Positions 1-8,482 of a stretch of DNA of 42,333 nucleotides are shown here, piece by piece. The DNA comes from a virus. Lineage: Duplodnaviria; Caudoviricetes. A program made the translations under genes and the position numbers. The stretch's first letter is position 1. Each line of letters opens with the position of its first letter. The notes under the pieces are model-generated. The model searched no databases. It was not told where the DNA came from and worked only from the letters and a program-made list of their open reading frames with translations. The stretch is from positions 1 to 42,333 of IMG/VR virus record IMGVR_UViG_3300037419_000510. One strand, 5' to 3'.

Positions 1-92
1 GGTACGTCGAGAAAGAGGGGAATCTTGCGCAGTTCTACGGCAATGCGTGGGTCTACGGCGATGCGCAGGTCTACGGCAATGCGCGGGTCTAC
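1..92 (+). repeat. Terminal direct repeat / circular overlap (copy 1)
   Basis: 1-77 identical to 42242-42318; 78-92 match 42319-42333 with 2 mismatches. Confidence 0.95.
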
Positions 93-422
93 GGCAATGC
101 GCAGGTCTACGGCGATGCGCAGGTCTACGGCGATGCGTGGGTCTACGGCGATGCGTGGGTCTACGGCGATGCGTGGGTCTCTCCGATCTGCATCTCTGGC
201 CTGACGTGGCACGTCACCATCACTGACGACCAGATGACCATCGGCTGCCAGTCACATTCGCTGGTAGATTGGTGGGCGTTCGATGATCGCGCCATCGTGC
301 GCATGGATACGTTCCAAGCGCTTCCGTTCTGGCAGCTGCACAAGCCCTATTTGCAGGCGCTTTGCGGAGCGAGTGGCCGCCCGATGGTGCCACAGCCCCG
401 TGAAGTGGAGCAGGTAGCATGA
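3..422 (+). CDS. C-terminal part of hexapeptide-repeat (VYG[DN]Ax) beta-helix-type phage protein; gene starts at 42067 and crosses the circular join
   Basis: Frame 3 reads YVEKEGNLAQFYGNAWVYGDAQVYGNAR...VSPICISGLTWHVTITDDQMTIGCQSH... to the stop at 422, in frame with 42067..42333. Confidence 0.85.
   Translation, partial: YVEKEGNLAQFYGNAWVYGDAQVYGNARVYGNAQVYGDAQVYGDAWVYGDAWVYGDAWVSPICISGLTWHVTITDDQMTIGCQSHSLVDWWAFDDRAIVRMDTFQALPFWQLHKPYLQALCGASGRPMVPQPREVEQVA
33..176 (+). repeat. Eight 18-bp tandem coding repeats (GTCTACGGC[AG]ATGCG[TC][GA]G)
   Basis: Units FYGNAW, VYGDAQ, VYGNAR, VYGNAQ, VYGDAQ, VYGDAW x3 read directly. Confidence 0.95.
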
Positions 423-625
423 CCGCCCGCTTCGTCCCCACCCCCAGCCCGGAAGTCGAGGCGCCCTTCGAAGCCTATCTCGACAACGCCCGCGAGCAGA
501 TTGCCCGTACCCGTGCCAATAGCGATTGGCTGAACGGCACCCGCTCCCACGATAGCGAGCTTATCCGCGCTCTGGCTCACATGAACCGGGATGCCGATCG
601 TGCAGCGAGGGGGCGGGTGTCATGA
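419..625 (+). CDS. hypothetical phage protein
   Basis: ATGA overlaps with genes on both sides. Confidence 0.7.
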   Translation: MTARFVPTPSPEVEAPFEAYLDNAREQIARTRANSDWLNGTRSHDSELIRALAHMNRDADRAARGRVS

Positions 626-1008
626 GTACGGTTACTCAGGCTGATCGCGAGCGGGCGGCGGATCACTGGATTGCGTCTCATCCCGACGATGCCGGCGCCG
701 CTGAGATCGCAGGGTTCATTCTGTCTGGAAAGTACGACGATTGGACATCCCCGCAAGCCTTCGCCGCCCATCGCACAAGTTCTCAGGTAGAACTTCTTGA
801 GGCGCTGACCCCGAGCGCGGACACGAAGGCCGCATACATTGGCGAGGTCAAGGACCGGATTTGCGTTCTCGACGAGGACGGCGACGAGATCTGGGATGAT
901 CATGTCATATCGTGGGACGCCACCAAGGCTATCATGAAGATGATCCTTGATCGCGCCATCTCCAACGCCCGTTCCAACTCTATGGTTAGTGGGAGGGTTG
1001 GGGAATGA
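622..1008 (+). CDS. hypothetical phage protein
   Basis: ATGA-coupled, purine-rich RBS, 128 aa. Confidence 0.75.
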   Translation: MSTVTQADRERAADHWIASHPDDAGAAEIAGFILSGKYDDWTSPQAFAAHRTSSQVELLEALTPSADTKAAYIGEVKDRICVLDEDGDEIWDDHVISWDATKAIMKMILDRAISNARSNSMVSGRVGE

Positions 1009-1187
1009 GCAGGCTAGCGGAAACCACCGAGCTTCGCTGGTTCGAGCAATTCCCAAAGTGTGGCGAATGCGGACGCACGTCGCAAGGCATCCTGCGCGGC
1101 TCTCAGAACCAGTCCTACGGTCACCATTGCCAGAAGTGCGCTGACAAGCGGCTTAAGGCATCCGCCAAAGCGCGAGGTGAGGCATGA
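1005..1187 (+). CDS. small zinc-finger-like protein
   Basis: CGEC...CQKC, ATGA-coupled. Confidence 0.7.
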   Translation: MSRLAETTELRWFEQFPKCGECGRTSQGILRGSQNQSYGHHCQKCADKRLKASAKARGEA

Positions 1188-1429
1188 ACGCCTGTCCATA
1201 TTGCGGCGCTGCTGGCGACATGCCGTGCCGTGGAAACTGTGATGGTGGCTACGATGGCTATCCGGACGACTGGCGGGAAAAGTACGCCAGCTATCTGATT
1301 TCGTGCGGCCCGATTGAGCCCAACGAGGCCGAAAGGCTCGCCGTCGAGGCTTTCGAGAGCTGGGGCCACGAAGATCCTGAAGAGATCGCAAGCTCAGATT
1401 TGGCGTGCATGCGGGAGGATGGCGCATGA
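1184..1429 (+). CDS. hypothetical phage protein (Cys-rich N-terminus)
   Basis: CPYC..C...C, GAGG RBS, ATGA-coupled. Confidence 0.7.
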   Translation: MNACPYCGAAGDMPCRGNCDGGYDGYPDDWREKYASYLISCGPIEPNEAERLAVEAFESWGHEDPEEIASSDLACMREDGA

Positions 1430-1599
1430 CCCCTCACCCCATCCCCCTCAGCATCCCTGACGCCCTTCATAATCTGCTTACCTCAGCAGAAACCCTTCGT
1501 GAAATGATCTCAAACAGAACGCCTGAGAGCGCTGAAATGGCAGCCATAGAAGGGCGTTGGAAGAAGAATAGGGAGGCGAGAAATGGCCGACTGGATTGA
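1426..1599 (+). CDS. hypothetical phage protein
   Basis: ATGA overlap at 1426, GGAGG RBS. Confidence 0.55.
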   Translation: MTPHPIPLSIPDALHNLLTSAETLREMISNRTPESAEMAAIEGRWKKNREARNGRLD

Positions 1600-1813
1600 G
1601 TGGAACGGTGGGGAGCGCCCTGTCGGATGGGAGGACATCGTTGAAGTCCGATTCCGCGACGGCACGACCGATATTTCCATGGCTGGCGACTTTTGCCCGC
1701 TGATCCCGCCGTCCAACGCCCACAATGACAACTGGGTGCATGGCGACAGTATGGACGACATTATCGCCTACCGGGTCGTGGAAAAAGCCAATGATAGGGA
1801 GGCCAACTCATGA
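1583..1813 (+). CDS. hypothetical phage protein (WIEWNGGE.PV...IIAYRVV type)
   Basis: GGGAGG RBS; recognisable small phage-protein motif. Confidence 0.75.
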   Translation: MADWIEWNGGERPVGWEDIVEVRFRDGTTDISMAGDFCPLIPPSNAHNDNWVHGDSMDDIIAYRVVEKANDREANS

Positions 1814-1983
1814 ACAGGCCCCCATTAGATTGGCAGGATGTGGCTGTGCAGAGGGAGAGGGTCATGCGTGACCTTAGCGCTCCGGTTCCAACGCATTTCC
1901 ATCTGTCTGTTGGCTGGCTGCTCCTGGCTTACGTGCTGGGCTTGCTGACGGTCATCGGCGTCCTTTGGTGGGGATATCAGTGA
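1810..1983 (+). CDS. small membrane protein (57 aa, not in ORF track)
   Basis: MNRPPLDW...GWLLLAYVLGLLTVIGVLWWGYQ; GGGAGG RBS; overlaps both neighbours. Confidence 0.65.
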   Translation: MNRPPLDWQDVAVQRERVMRDLSAPVPTHFHLSVGWLLLAYVLGLLTVIGVLWWGYQ

Positions 1984-2183
1984 TGATCCACGATCTTTCC
2001 CGCGTGCTGGTCGCGCAACAGACGCATCGCCGCATGGTGGACGCCATGTCTCTGCGCCGCTGGGATAGGCAAACGCCATTCCTGATCGAGCGCGTCGATT
2101 TTCCCGCTGCTTCGGCCTCCACGGCGAACGGCACCTCTGTCCATGCCGAAGCGGACAAGTGCCAAGGATCTTCCCATGACTGA
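1983..2183 (+). CDS. hypothetical phage protein
   Basis: TGATG coupling to upstream ORF. Confidence 0.55.
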   Translation: MIHDLSRVLVAQQTHRRMVDAMSLRRWDRQTPFLIERVDFPAASASTANGTSVHAEADKCQGSSHD

Positions 2184-2958
2184 GACCGCAATCGCGCACC
2201 GCGAAGGAGCGGCGCTTGCCGAGGTGCAAGACTATTCCGCTGGCTTGCTTGCAGTGATTGAGCGCGCCGCCCGTGACCCCTCTGTCGATATCGACAAGAT
2301 GGAGCGGCTGCTTGCGATGCAGGAGCGCGTATATCAGCGCAACGCGGAAGAAGCGTTTAACGCCGCTATGACGGCGGCCCAGGCTGAGATGCGTCCGGTT
2401 TCTGCAGACGCCAGCAACCCGCAGACGAAAAGCAGCTATGCCAGCTACGCCCAATTGGATCGTGCGCTCCGTCCAATATATACCAAAAACGGTTTCGCAC
2501 TAAGCTTCGATGAAGGGGATAGCCCCAAGCCTGAGCATGTGCGCGTCCTCTGCTACGTCTCCCACATTGGGGGATTCACCCGCACTTATCATCGCGACAT
2601 GCCCGCCGATGGCAAGGGTGCCAAGGGTGGCGACGTTATGACCAAGACGCACGCTGCGGGCGCTGCGGGGTCGTACGGTTCGCGCTACCTTCTCAAGGGC
2701 ATTTTCAACGTGGCGGTCGGTGAGGACGACAGCGACGGCAACGACAATGCCGAATACATATCCGAACGCCAGATCAAGACGATTAACGACATGCTCGGCG
2801 AATACAATCTGAGTTCGGTCAAGCTGTGCGCCTATATGAAAATCCCGAATGTGCCAGCCATGCTGGCGAGGGACTATCGCACGGCGATTGAGTCTATCAA
2901 CGCGACGATCGCACAACGTCAAGCCAAAGCCGCTGCGGTGCAAGGTTCCGCCCAATGA
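2176..2958 (+). CDS. ERF-family single-strand annealing protein
   Basis: DIDKMERLL, NPQTKSSYASY, GAAGSYGSRYLLKGIFNV..GEDDSDG motifs; adjacent to exonuclease. Confidence 0.85.
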   Translation: MTETAIAHREGAALAEVQDYSAGLLAVIERAARDPSVDIDKMERLLAMQERVYQRNAEEAFNAAMTAAQAEMRPVSADASNPQTKSSYASYAQLDRALRPIYTKNGFALSFDEGDSPKPEHVRVLCYVSHIGGFTRTYHRDMPADGKGAKGGDVMTKTHAAGAAGSYGSRYLLKGIFNVAVGEDDSDGNDNAEYISERQIKTINDMLGEYNLSSVKLCAYMKIPNVPAMLARDYRTAIESINATIAQRQAKAAAVQGSAQ

Positions 2959-3617
2959 TACAGGGCTCAGCAGAATGGTTTGCCGCCCGCTGCGGCAAGG
3001 TTACGGCCTCTCGGGTCGCGGATATCGTGGCCCGTACCAAAAGCGGTCACTCGGCATCCCGCGCTCAATATGAGGCGCAGCTGGTCGCCGAGCGCCTGAC
3101 TGGCGTTGTGGAACAGGGATTCAGCAATGCTGCCATGCAATGGGGTACTGAGCATGAAGCCGAGGCGAGGGCTGCATATTGCTTCCGGCAGGACATGGAG
3201 ATGCAGGAATGCGCTTTCGTTATCCACCCTGGCATCCCAGAAGCTGGGGCATCGCCTGACGGCCTGATAGGCGATGACGGCTTGGTCGAGATCAAGTGCC
3301 CGACGCTCGCGACCCATATTACCACGCTTCAAACAGGCACGGTGCCGGAAAAATACCGGACGCAGATGCTTTGGCAAATGGCGTGCACTGGACGCGAATG
3401 GTGTGACTTCGTTTCCTACGATCCGCGCTTACCTGCGTCGATGCGGCTGTTTGTGCAGCGCGTGGAGCGCGACGTGGAGGCCATCACAAAACTTGAATAT
3501 GAGGTGATGGAATTCCTGGCGGACGTGACGCGCAAAGTTGTCATGTTGCGGCGCAAGTTTGAGCCCGCCAATGATCCTGCCGCCAAAGCACTGGTCGATT
3601 TGGTGTGCGCCGGATGA
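2955..3617 (+). CDS. YqaJ/lambda-exonuclease family recombination nuclease
   Basis: QGSAEWFAARCGKVTAS, MQWGTEHE, GASPDGL, EIKCP, QMLWQM. Confidence 0.92.
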   Translation: MIQGSAEWFAARCGKVTASRVADIVARTKSGHSASRAQYEAQLVAERLTGVVEQGFSNAAMQWGTEHEAEARAAYCFRQDMEMQECAFVIHPGIPEAGASPDGLIGDDGLVEIKCPTLATHITTLQTGTVPEKYRTQMLWQMACTGREWCDFVSYDPRLPASMRLFVQRVERDVEAITKLEYEVMEFLADVTRKVVMLRRKFEPANDPAAKALVDLVCAG

Positions 3618-3847
3618 CCCGCGCGCCTCAACTCCGCGTGCGCCTCCAACTTGGCCGTTTGGCCTCATTGGAACGCATCTATCAGCATAGCCACCTAACG
3701 GTAGCTGAGGCTCGCGAATTGTTTCGCCTGCGGGCCAACATCGCACGGCGTCGGGCAGTTCGCGCATGGCTAGCCCGTGGCGACAATGCGGAGCGCAACG
3801 CAGAATATGCGCGGCGTTGGCGCGAAGCCAATCCGGGGTGCTTCTGA
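3614..3847 (+). CDS. hypothetical basic protein
   Basis: ATGA / TGATG coupling, Arg-rich. Confidence 0.55.
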   Translation: MTRAPQLRVRLQLGRLASLERIYQHSHLTVAEARELFRLRANIARRRAVRAWLARGDNAERNAEYARRWREANPGCF

Positions 3848-4200
3848 TGCTTCCGCCCCGGATACCCAAGAAGGCGAAGCGCGCCACTCGGTGGAAGTCT
3901 CAGGCTCACCGAGACTTTGTTCGCTCTCATGCGTGCTGCAAGTGCGGCAGCATGACGGCGGTCGAGTTTGCGCACGTCCGCTTGGGTTCCGGGGCTGGCA
4001 TGGGGCAGAAGCCGGACGATTTTCGCGGGCTTAGTCTCTGCCGCGATTGTCATACAGGCGCGGCTCTTGCGCAGCACAATGTGGGCGAGCGCACCTTCTG
4101 GAAAGGTGTTGAAGTCGAGGCGATCATTGCCGCCTTCATCAAGGCCTCGCCCCGCCGCGCACAGATCGAACAGGTTATGCGGGAGAGAGCCAATGGCTGA
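3847..4200 (+). CDS. DUF968/HNH-like zinc-binding putative nuclease
   Basis: HRDFVRSHACCKCG...AHVR..GMGQKPDD...LCRDCH..QH. Confidence 0.7.
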   Translation: MLPPRIPKKAKRATRWKSQAHRDFVRSHACCKCGSMTAVEFAHVRLGSGAGMGQKPDDFRGLSLCRDCHTGAALAQHNVGERTFWKGVEVEAIIAAFIKASPRRAQIEQVMRERANG

Positions 4201-4636
4201 AACGCCTCCTCTGATATTTCGCTCTGAGTTCGGGCGGCTCGCCCCGGCCAACAGCGCTGCCCGTGAAGCGATGAAGGCCCTGACCGGTGAATGCCGGATC
4301 GAGATCAAGCGTTCGGGCGCAAACGAGCGTCGGCGCGGCTTTTATTGGGTCATGCTCGATGTGGCGGCGGAAGCGCTGACCGATGCGACCGGGTTCGCGT
4401 GGGATCAGGAGCTTTTACACAACGAACTGAAGCGACGGCTTGAGCTTGGCGAGACCTTCACGACGCCTGGCGGACACAAGGTGTTCAAGGCGCGATCGAC
4501 CAGCAACCGGGCGATGACGGAGCCTGAGCGGGCGCGCTGGACCGACCGCTGCGCCAACGTGCTTTCGCATTGGCTGGGCGTGCCGATGGCGGATCTGATC
4601 GATGAAGCGAAACGCAGGAATGGAGAGGCCGCATGA
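4193..4636 (+). CDS. NinB/DUF1367-like recombination-associated protein
   Basis: R...N.RRRGFYW, LHNELK, ARSTS..M pattern; position next to DUF968-like gene. Confidence 0.55.
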   Translation: MAETPPLIFRSEFGRLAPANSAAREAMKALTGECRIEIKRSGANERRRGFYWVMLDVAAEALTDATGFAWDQELLHNELKRRLELGETFTTPGGHKVFKARSTSNRAMTEPERARWTDRCANVLSHWLGVPMADLIDEAKRRNGEAA

Positions 4637-4998
4637 CCGGCAAGCCGATTGAAGCCTTTGGTCGAGACCCACAGGGGCTCGATGGCGAAGCCACGAAAGC
4701 GGCGGTCCGCGAAGCGGATGCCCCTGAAACTATAGCCCTCACCCAATCCCAACAGGCAATCCTAAATGGGCTTTCAGAGGCGCAGAGGCGGTTGATCCTA
4801 TGGCATCAGCCCAATTCTCCCGGCGTGGTCATGGTGCACACAAGGGGCATCGCCTACCGGGCGGCCGACGTGCTGCGGGCAAAAGGCATCACGCATAATC
4901 ACACGCACGGATGGGCAGAGCTTTCTCCGCTCGGCCTCGCAATCCGTGAAGCCCTTCTCCGCACCACCCTCCTACAGGCTAATAGAAATGGGAAATGA
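4633..4998 (+). CDS. hypothetical protein (N-terminus encoded by structured element A)
   Basis: ATGA-coupled, GGAGAGG RBS. Confidence 0.6.
   Translation: MTGKPIEAFGRDPQGLDGEATKAAVREADAPETIALTQSQQAILNGLSEAQRRLILWHQPNSPGVVMVHTRGIAYRAADVLRAKGITHNHTHGWAELSPLGLAIREALLRTTLLQANRNGK
4639..4722 (+). repeat. Structured element copy A
   Basis: GGCA-AG-CCG-ATTGAAGC...TCGAG/CTCGA...TGGC GAA GCCA-CGAAAG-CGG...TCCGC GAA GCGGA-TGCC. Confidence 0.85.
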
Positions 4999-5317
4999 GA
5001 TCATGGGTACTACATGGGACGTATTCTCGACCCGATCGCGCCTCGATGGAGGCAAAGACGTGCAGCTCACGGCTGGCGTCAATGTGTACGGTGATGGGCC
5101 GAAACGCACGATTGGCACCCTCGTAGGATTCTCGGACCAGGACAGGCTTATTGCCACCGCCGCGCCCGATTTGCTGGCGGCGCTGGAGAAGGCCGCACTG
5201 TTTGTCGGATGGGCCTCAACACGCGGGCAAATTCTTGCGGGCCACGATGCGGGCGAGCTTTGCGACGTTATCGACGCCGCCATCGCCAAAGCCACAGGCT
5301 CCCACCATGACCAATAA
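4988..5317 (+). CDS. hypothetical phage protein (RLIA.APDLLAALE motif)
   Basis: Common phage early-protein motif; start 4988 or 5003. Confidence 0.7.
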   Translation: MGNEIMGTTWDVFSTRSRLDGGKDVQLTAGVNVYGDGPKRTIGTLVGFSDQDRLIATAAPDLLAALEKAALFVGWASTRGQILAGHDAGELCDVIDAAIAKATGSHHDQ

Positions 5318-6410
5318 TACAAGGATAGTGAGCCAGAGGGCGCGTGAGGCTGCGGCTGCCATGTGGGAAGACATAGGCCGTTTCCAGTGGATGGAATGGC
5401 AACCGGGATTGTTCAGGGACGGAACCGGTGATCGCGGTCCTGTCGTCCAAGCCTTCGCCCGTTTCGAGGAAGAAACACTAGCGCTTTCGAGGGATGGGAA
5501 GCGGGATGCGGAAACTTGGAACGGAAGTTGGGCAACGCCACTCACGATGGGTCGGCACCAACGCGCCGACGATAGCTATTTCACCGTCTGGACTGATGAT
5601 GGCGACGAGACGTGGCTTTGGCAGAACGAGGTCGGATGCGCCAACGGTGACATTGAGCCATGTGGCCCAGTGATGGGGCCTTATGCCACAGCCGTTGATG
5701 CGGCGCGCGCTGCTTGGCCGAATCTCGCCCTCGCCACCCCCAAACACACTCGCGAAGCCGCCCAGGAGGGCTCCTGCCCGGAATGCGGTGGGAGCGTGTT
5801 CGGGCCTCACCACCTGGATAGCAAAGGGCGTCCTGTTTGCGGGGCGGCCACCAAAGACCTTATCCCGGAGAGCAATGCCTGGGATGGCCTAGATCTGGCC
5901 GGCGAGGCGCGATCACTGTTCGCTGCGGAGTTTCCAGGTGGAAATAGTCCCGACGATGCGGGGTTGGTCGCTGCTGGCGCCATCCGAGCCCTCGAAAAAG
6001 CCCTTAGCGCGCGCTCCCGACTGGAGAGCAATGCCGGGGTGAGAGAGGCGATTGCGCGGGCCATCGCGGAGCATGGGGCAACAGAGCCTTGGTGGTGGAG
6101 TGCCACGTTCGACGACGGCACAGACGGGACTGCGGCGCACCTGCGAGCGCAGGACCTCGTAACCGCAGACGCCATAATGGCCCTTCTCCCCGCATCTATC
6201 GATGTGCTGGGGAAAGCACGGGAGGCGTTGGAGCAGACGGCGGCCGACTTTGACGATTTGGCCGATCTTGCTCGCAAGCGAGTAGACGACGGCGACGAAA
6301 TGGGTTCGCCTTACTGGCGACAAACCCTGACCGACATCGCACAGGAAGCGCGCGACAATTCCATCCGCGCCCGCACCGCTTTGGCTTCTCTCACTGGGGA
6401 GGGGTTGTGA
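5307..6410 (+). CDS. mosaic hypothetical phage protein
   Basis: Long ORF overlapping both neighbours; internal CPEC zinc motif; start set at MTNNTR. Confidence 0.7.
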   Translation: MTNNTRIVSQRAREAAAAMWEDIGRFQWMEWQPGLFRDGTGDRGPVVQAFARFEEETLALSRDGKRDAETWNGSWATPLTMGRHQRADDSYFTVWTDDGDETWLWQNEVGCANGDIEPCGPVMGPYATAVDAARAAWPNLALATPKHTREAAQEGSCPECGGSVFGPHHLDSKGRPVCGAATKDLIPESNAWDGLDLAGEARSLFAAEFPGGNSPDDAGLVAAGAIRALEKALSARSRLESNAGVREAIARAIAEHGATEPWWWSATFDDGTDGTAAHLRAQDLVTADAIMALLPASIDVLGKAREALEQTAADFDDLADLARKRVDDGDEMGSPYWRQTLTDIAQEARDNSIRARTALASLTGEGL

Positions 6411-6934
6411 TGGATATCAAAGACTTAGGGCGCGTGCCAGAGGCACCGGGCTCTCGTGAACCGAGCCCTGCGGTCTCGGCCCTGACGGGCTTCGATCCCT
6501 TGCGCGATGAACTGGACCAGCTGATAGCCACCATGGATGAGCTTCTTCAGGCCGCCACGCCCGGAGAATGGATCTGGTACCAGAACGGCTGGGCGCCCCA
6601 CTGGACGGGCGAGAAGTTGGAATTCGTTTCTACCCCCGGCATGTTCAACGGCGTCGGCTCTGGTGACATGGACGGCGGCGATTGGGCTGTCGCAGCGTTC
6701 CAAGGCGACGGAGTGAACGGAGCGAACAACGCGCGCTTCATCACTTGCGCCAAGAACTGGATGCCCATTCTCTTGGAGTGCGCTCGCGCCGTCCGCGAAA
6801 TGGAGCGCCACGTTGATGCGTCAGCGATCGAAGCGGCGGCAGCCGGCGAGACTGCGGATGCAGGCTCGACCGTAGGCGAGAGCGCGGCCCGTCAGGGCGA
6901 CGCCCAATCCACACCGGGGACCCCACATGAATAA
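6407..6934 (+). CDS. Ead/Ea22-like protein bracketed by elements G and B
   Basis: ELLQAATPGEW...NARFITCAKN..P.LL motif. Confidence 0.65.
   Translation: MMDIKDLGRVPEAPGSREPSPAVSALTGFDPLRDELDQLIATMDELLQAATPGEWIWYQNGWAPHWTGEKLEFVSTPGMFNGVGSGDMDGGDWAVAAFQGDGVNGANNARFITCAKNWMPILLECARAVREMERHVDASAIEAAAAGETADAGSTVGESAARQGDAQSTPGTPHE
6430..6505 (-). repeat. Structured element copy G
   Basis: Reverse complement reads GCGC-AA-GGG-ATCGAAGC...CCGAG/CTCGG-TTCA-CGAGAG-CCC-G-GTGCC TCT GGCAC-GCGC. Confidence 0.88.
6818..6903 (+). repeat. Structured element copy B
   Basis: GCGTC-A-GCG-ATCGAAGC...CGAG/CTCG...CC GTA GG-CGAGAG-CGC-G-GCCC GTCA GGGC-GACGC. Confidence 0.88.
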
Positions 6935-7124
6935 TGATATGATCTCCCTTGCGGAACACCATGAGCGCCAAGGTTTGCTTTACGCTGAGGCTGCCACGTG
7001 CACAGCGGATTGGTATAAAGGCCAAGCCGCCGACACGCGCCGCGCTGCTGAGCATTTCACCGTCGCAGCCAGCTTAAGGGCTCGCGCTCTATCTACTGTT
7101 AGTAGGGGTGAAGTCATTGAATAA
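6927..7124 (+). CDS. hypothetical phage protein
   Basis: Overlaps upstream stop; 65 aa. Confidence 0.6.
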   Translation: MNNDMISLAEHHERQGLLYAEAATCTADWYKGQAADTRRAAEHFTVAASLRARALSTVSRGEVIE

Positions 7125-7129
7125 GCTGG

Positions 7130-7210
7130 ACGACCCCTTTGGGGCAACCTGCTGGCGGGCTTCGCCCTCAGCCGCTTCGCGGCTTCGCCGTCCCGGCGCT
7201 CATCAGGCGT
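7130..7210 (-). repeat. Variant multi-hairpin element F upstream of xis
   Basis: Reverse complement CCTG-ATGAGC-GCCG GGA CGGC-GAA-GCCGC GAA GCGGC-TGAG-GGC GAA GCC-CGCCAG-CAGG-TT-GCCCC AAA GGGGT. Confidence 0.6.
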
Positions 7211-7217
7211 ATGGGAA

Positions 7218-7412
7218 ATGACAGCCGCAGCTCGCTTCACGGAGGCGGACATTAAGCGCGCCATGAGCGGAGCGCGCAAGGCTGGCTTCCAGCAAGTCCG
7301 CGTGGGTATTGACGTACGCGGCAATCTCGTTGTGGATGCGAGCCTGGAGCCTGCGAACGAAATATTCGGCAACCCCAACCCTCTGGACCGCTTGCTACCG
7401 AAGGCGAGATGA
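7218..7412 (+). CDS. putative excisionase / recombination directionality factor
   Basis: ARFTEADIKRAMSGARKAG motif, small, ATGA-coupled directly upstream of integrase. Confidence 0.6.
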   Translation: MTAAARFTEADIKRAMSGARKAGFQQVRVGIDVRGNLVVDASLEPANEIFGNPNPLDRLLPKAR

Positions 7413-8482
7413 AAACACGCTATCCCAATGTGACGCTCTACAATGACCGGCATGGGAAGCTGCGCGCCCGATACCGTAAGACAGGGCTGCCCGAATATCA
7501 GTTCAAGAACCTGCCCGACATGCCGGGGTTCGAGGCCGAACTTAAGATCGCCCAAGCAGGAAAGATCGTGGTCGATCCGCCGCGCACGGTCATTCCGAGA
7601 TCCGTCAGCGACGGGCTCACGAAATATTATCGCAGCGCGAATTTCCTCAAAGGTGGTGATGAGGATCGGCGGCGACGGCGGGGCATTCTAGAGAGCTTCC
7701 GCAGAGAATATGGCGACGATCTGGTTGCCAACTTCAATTTCCAGCACATCGAAGCGATTCTGCTCGCCCGGAAGGAAAAGACCATCGATGAGCGCGGGCG
7801 CGTCGTGGGCGGCCCTGTCGCAGCCACGAACCTGAAGAAGCAGCTTAAGCGCTTTTTCCGGTACATGAAGAAGGTCGAATGGATCTTGAGCAACCCCGTG
7901 GAAGACGCGGAGCATCCCGGTAGCGCCAAGGTGGCCGGTTTCCACACATGGACCGAAGCTGAGATAGCCCGCTACAAGGCACGGCACCCGGTCGGCACGA
8001 AAGCCAGGCTTGCGCTCGAAATCATCCTGTGGACGTGGCAGCGGCGCGGGGATGCCCGCCTATTCGGGCCGAAGCACATCGTCCGCGGCAAAATCAATTT
8101 CACCGCCAGCAAGAACAAGGCGAACCTCTGGTTGCCTATCCCATCGGATCTAAGCCGCGCGATCGATGCAATGCCGAGCGTTGGCATCCAGACCTATCTA
8201 GTAACGGAATATGGCAAGCCCTTCACGGCGGAAGGATTCGGCAACTGGTTTCGCAAGCGCTGTGACGAAGCCGGACTGCCCCATTGCAGCGCCCACGGCT
8301 TGCGTAAGGCCGCAGCGACCCGCGCCGCACAGTCCGAGGCGACCCAGCAAGGGCTTAAGGCTGTCGGCGGCTGGCGAGGCGATGAAGAGGTTACGACCTA
8401 CACCGCAGCCGTCGAACAGGAGGCGCTTGCCGAATCCACCATGCAGCGCGTGGCCCAGAAATACGGCGACAGTGATGCATGA
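7409..8482 (+). CDS. int: tyrosine recombinase / phage integrase
   Basis: Catalytic R (WQRRGD), HGLRK, GGW, Y (VTTYT); N-terminal DRHGK.R.RYR arm-binding domain. Confidence 0.95.
   Translation: MKTRYPNVTLYNDRHGKLRARYRKTGLPEYQFKNLPDMPGFEAELKIAQAGKIVVDPPRTVIPRSVSDGLTKYYRSANFLKGGDEDRRRRRGILESFRREYGDDLVANFNFQHIEAILLARKEKTIDERGRVVGGPVAATNLKKQLKRFFRYMKKVEWILSNPVEDAEHPGSAKVAGFHTWTEAEIARYKARHPVGTKARLALEIILWTWQRRGDARLFGPKHIVRGKINFTASKNKANLWLPIPSDLSRAIDAMPSVGIQTYLVTEYGKPFTAEGFGNWFRKRCDEAGLPHCSAHGLRKAAATRAAQSEATQQGLKAVGGWRGDEEVTTYTAAVEQEALAESTMQRVAQKYGDSDA

Noticed and set aside
33-176. CRISPR array
   Set aside because: Contiguous 18-bp in-frame coding repeats with no spacers and no cas genes
7165-7207. 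Hammerhead ribozyme (CTGATGAG on minus strand)
   Set aside because: The stem is followed by GAAG rather than GAAA, spacing is off, and no stem III/NUH site is evident; it fits the multi-hairpin family better
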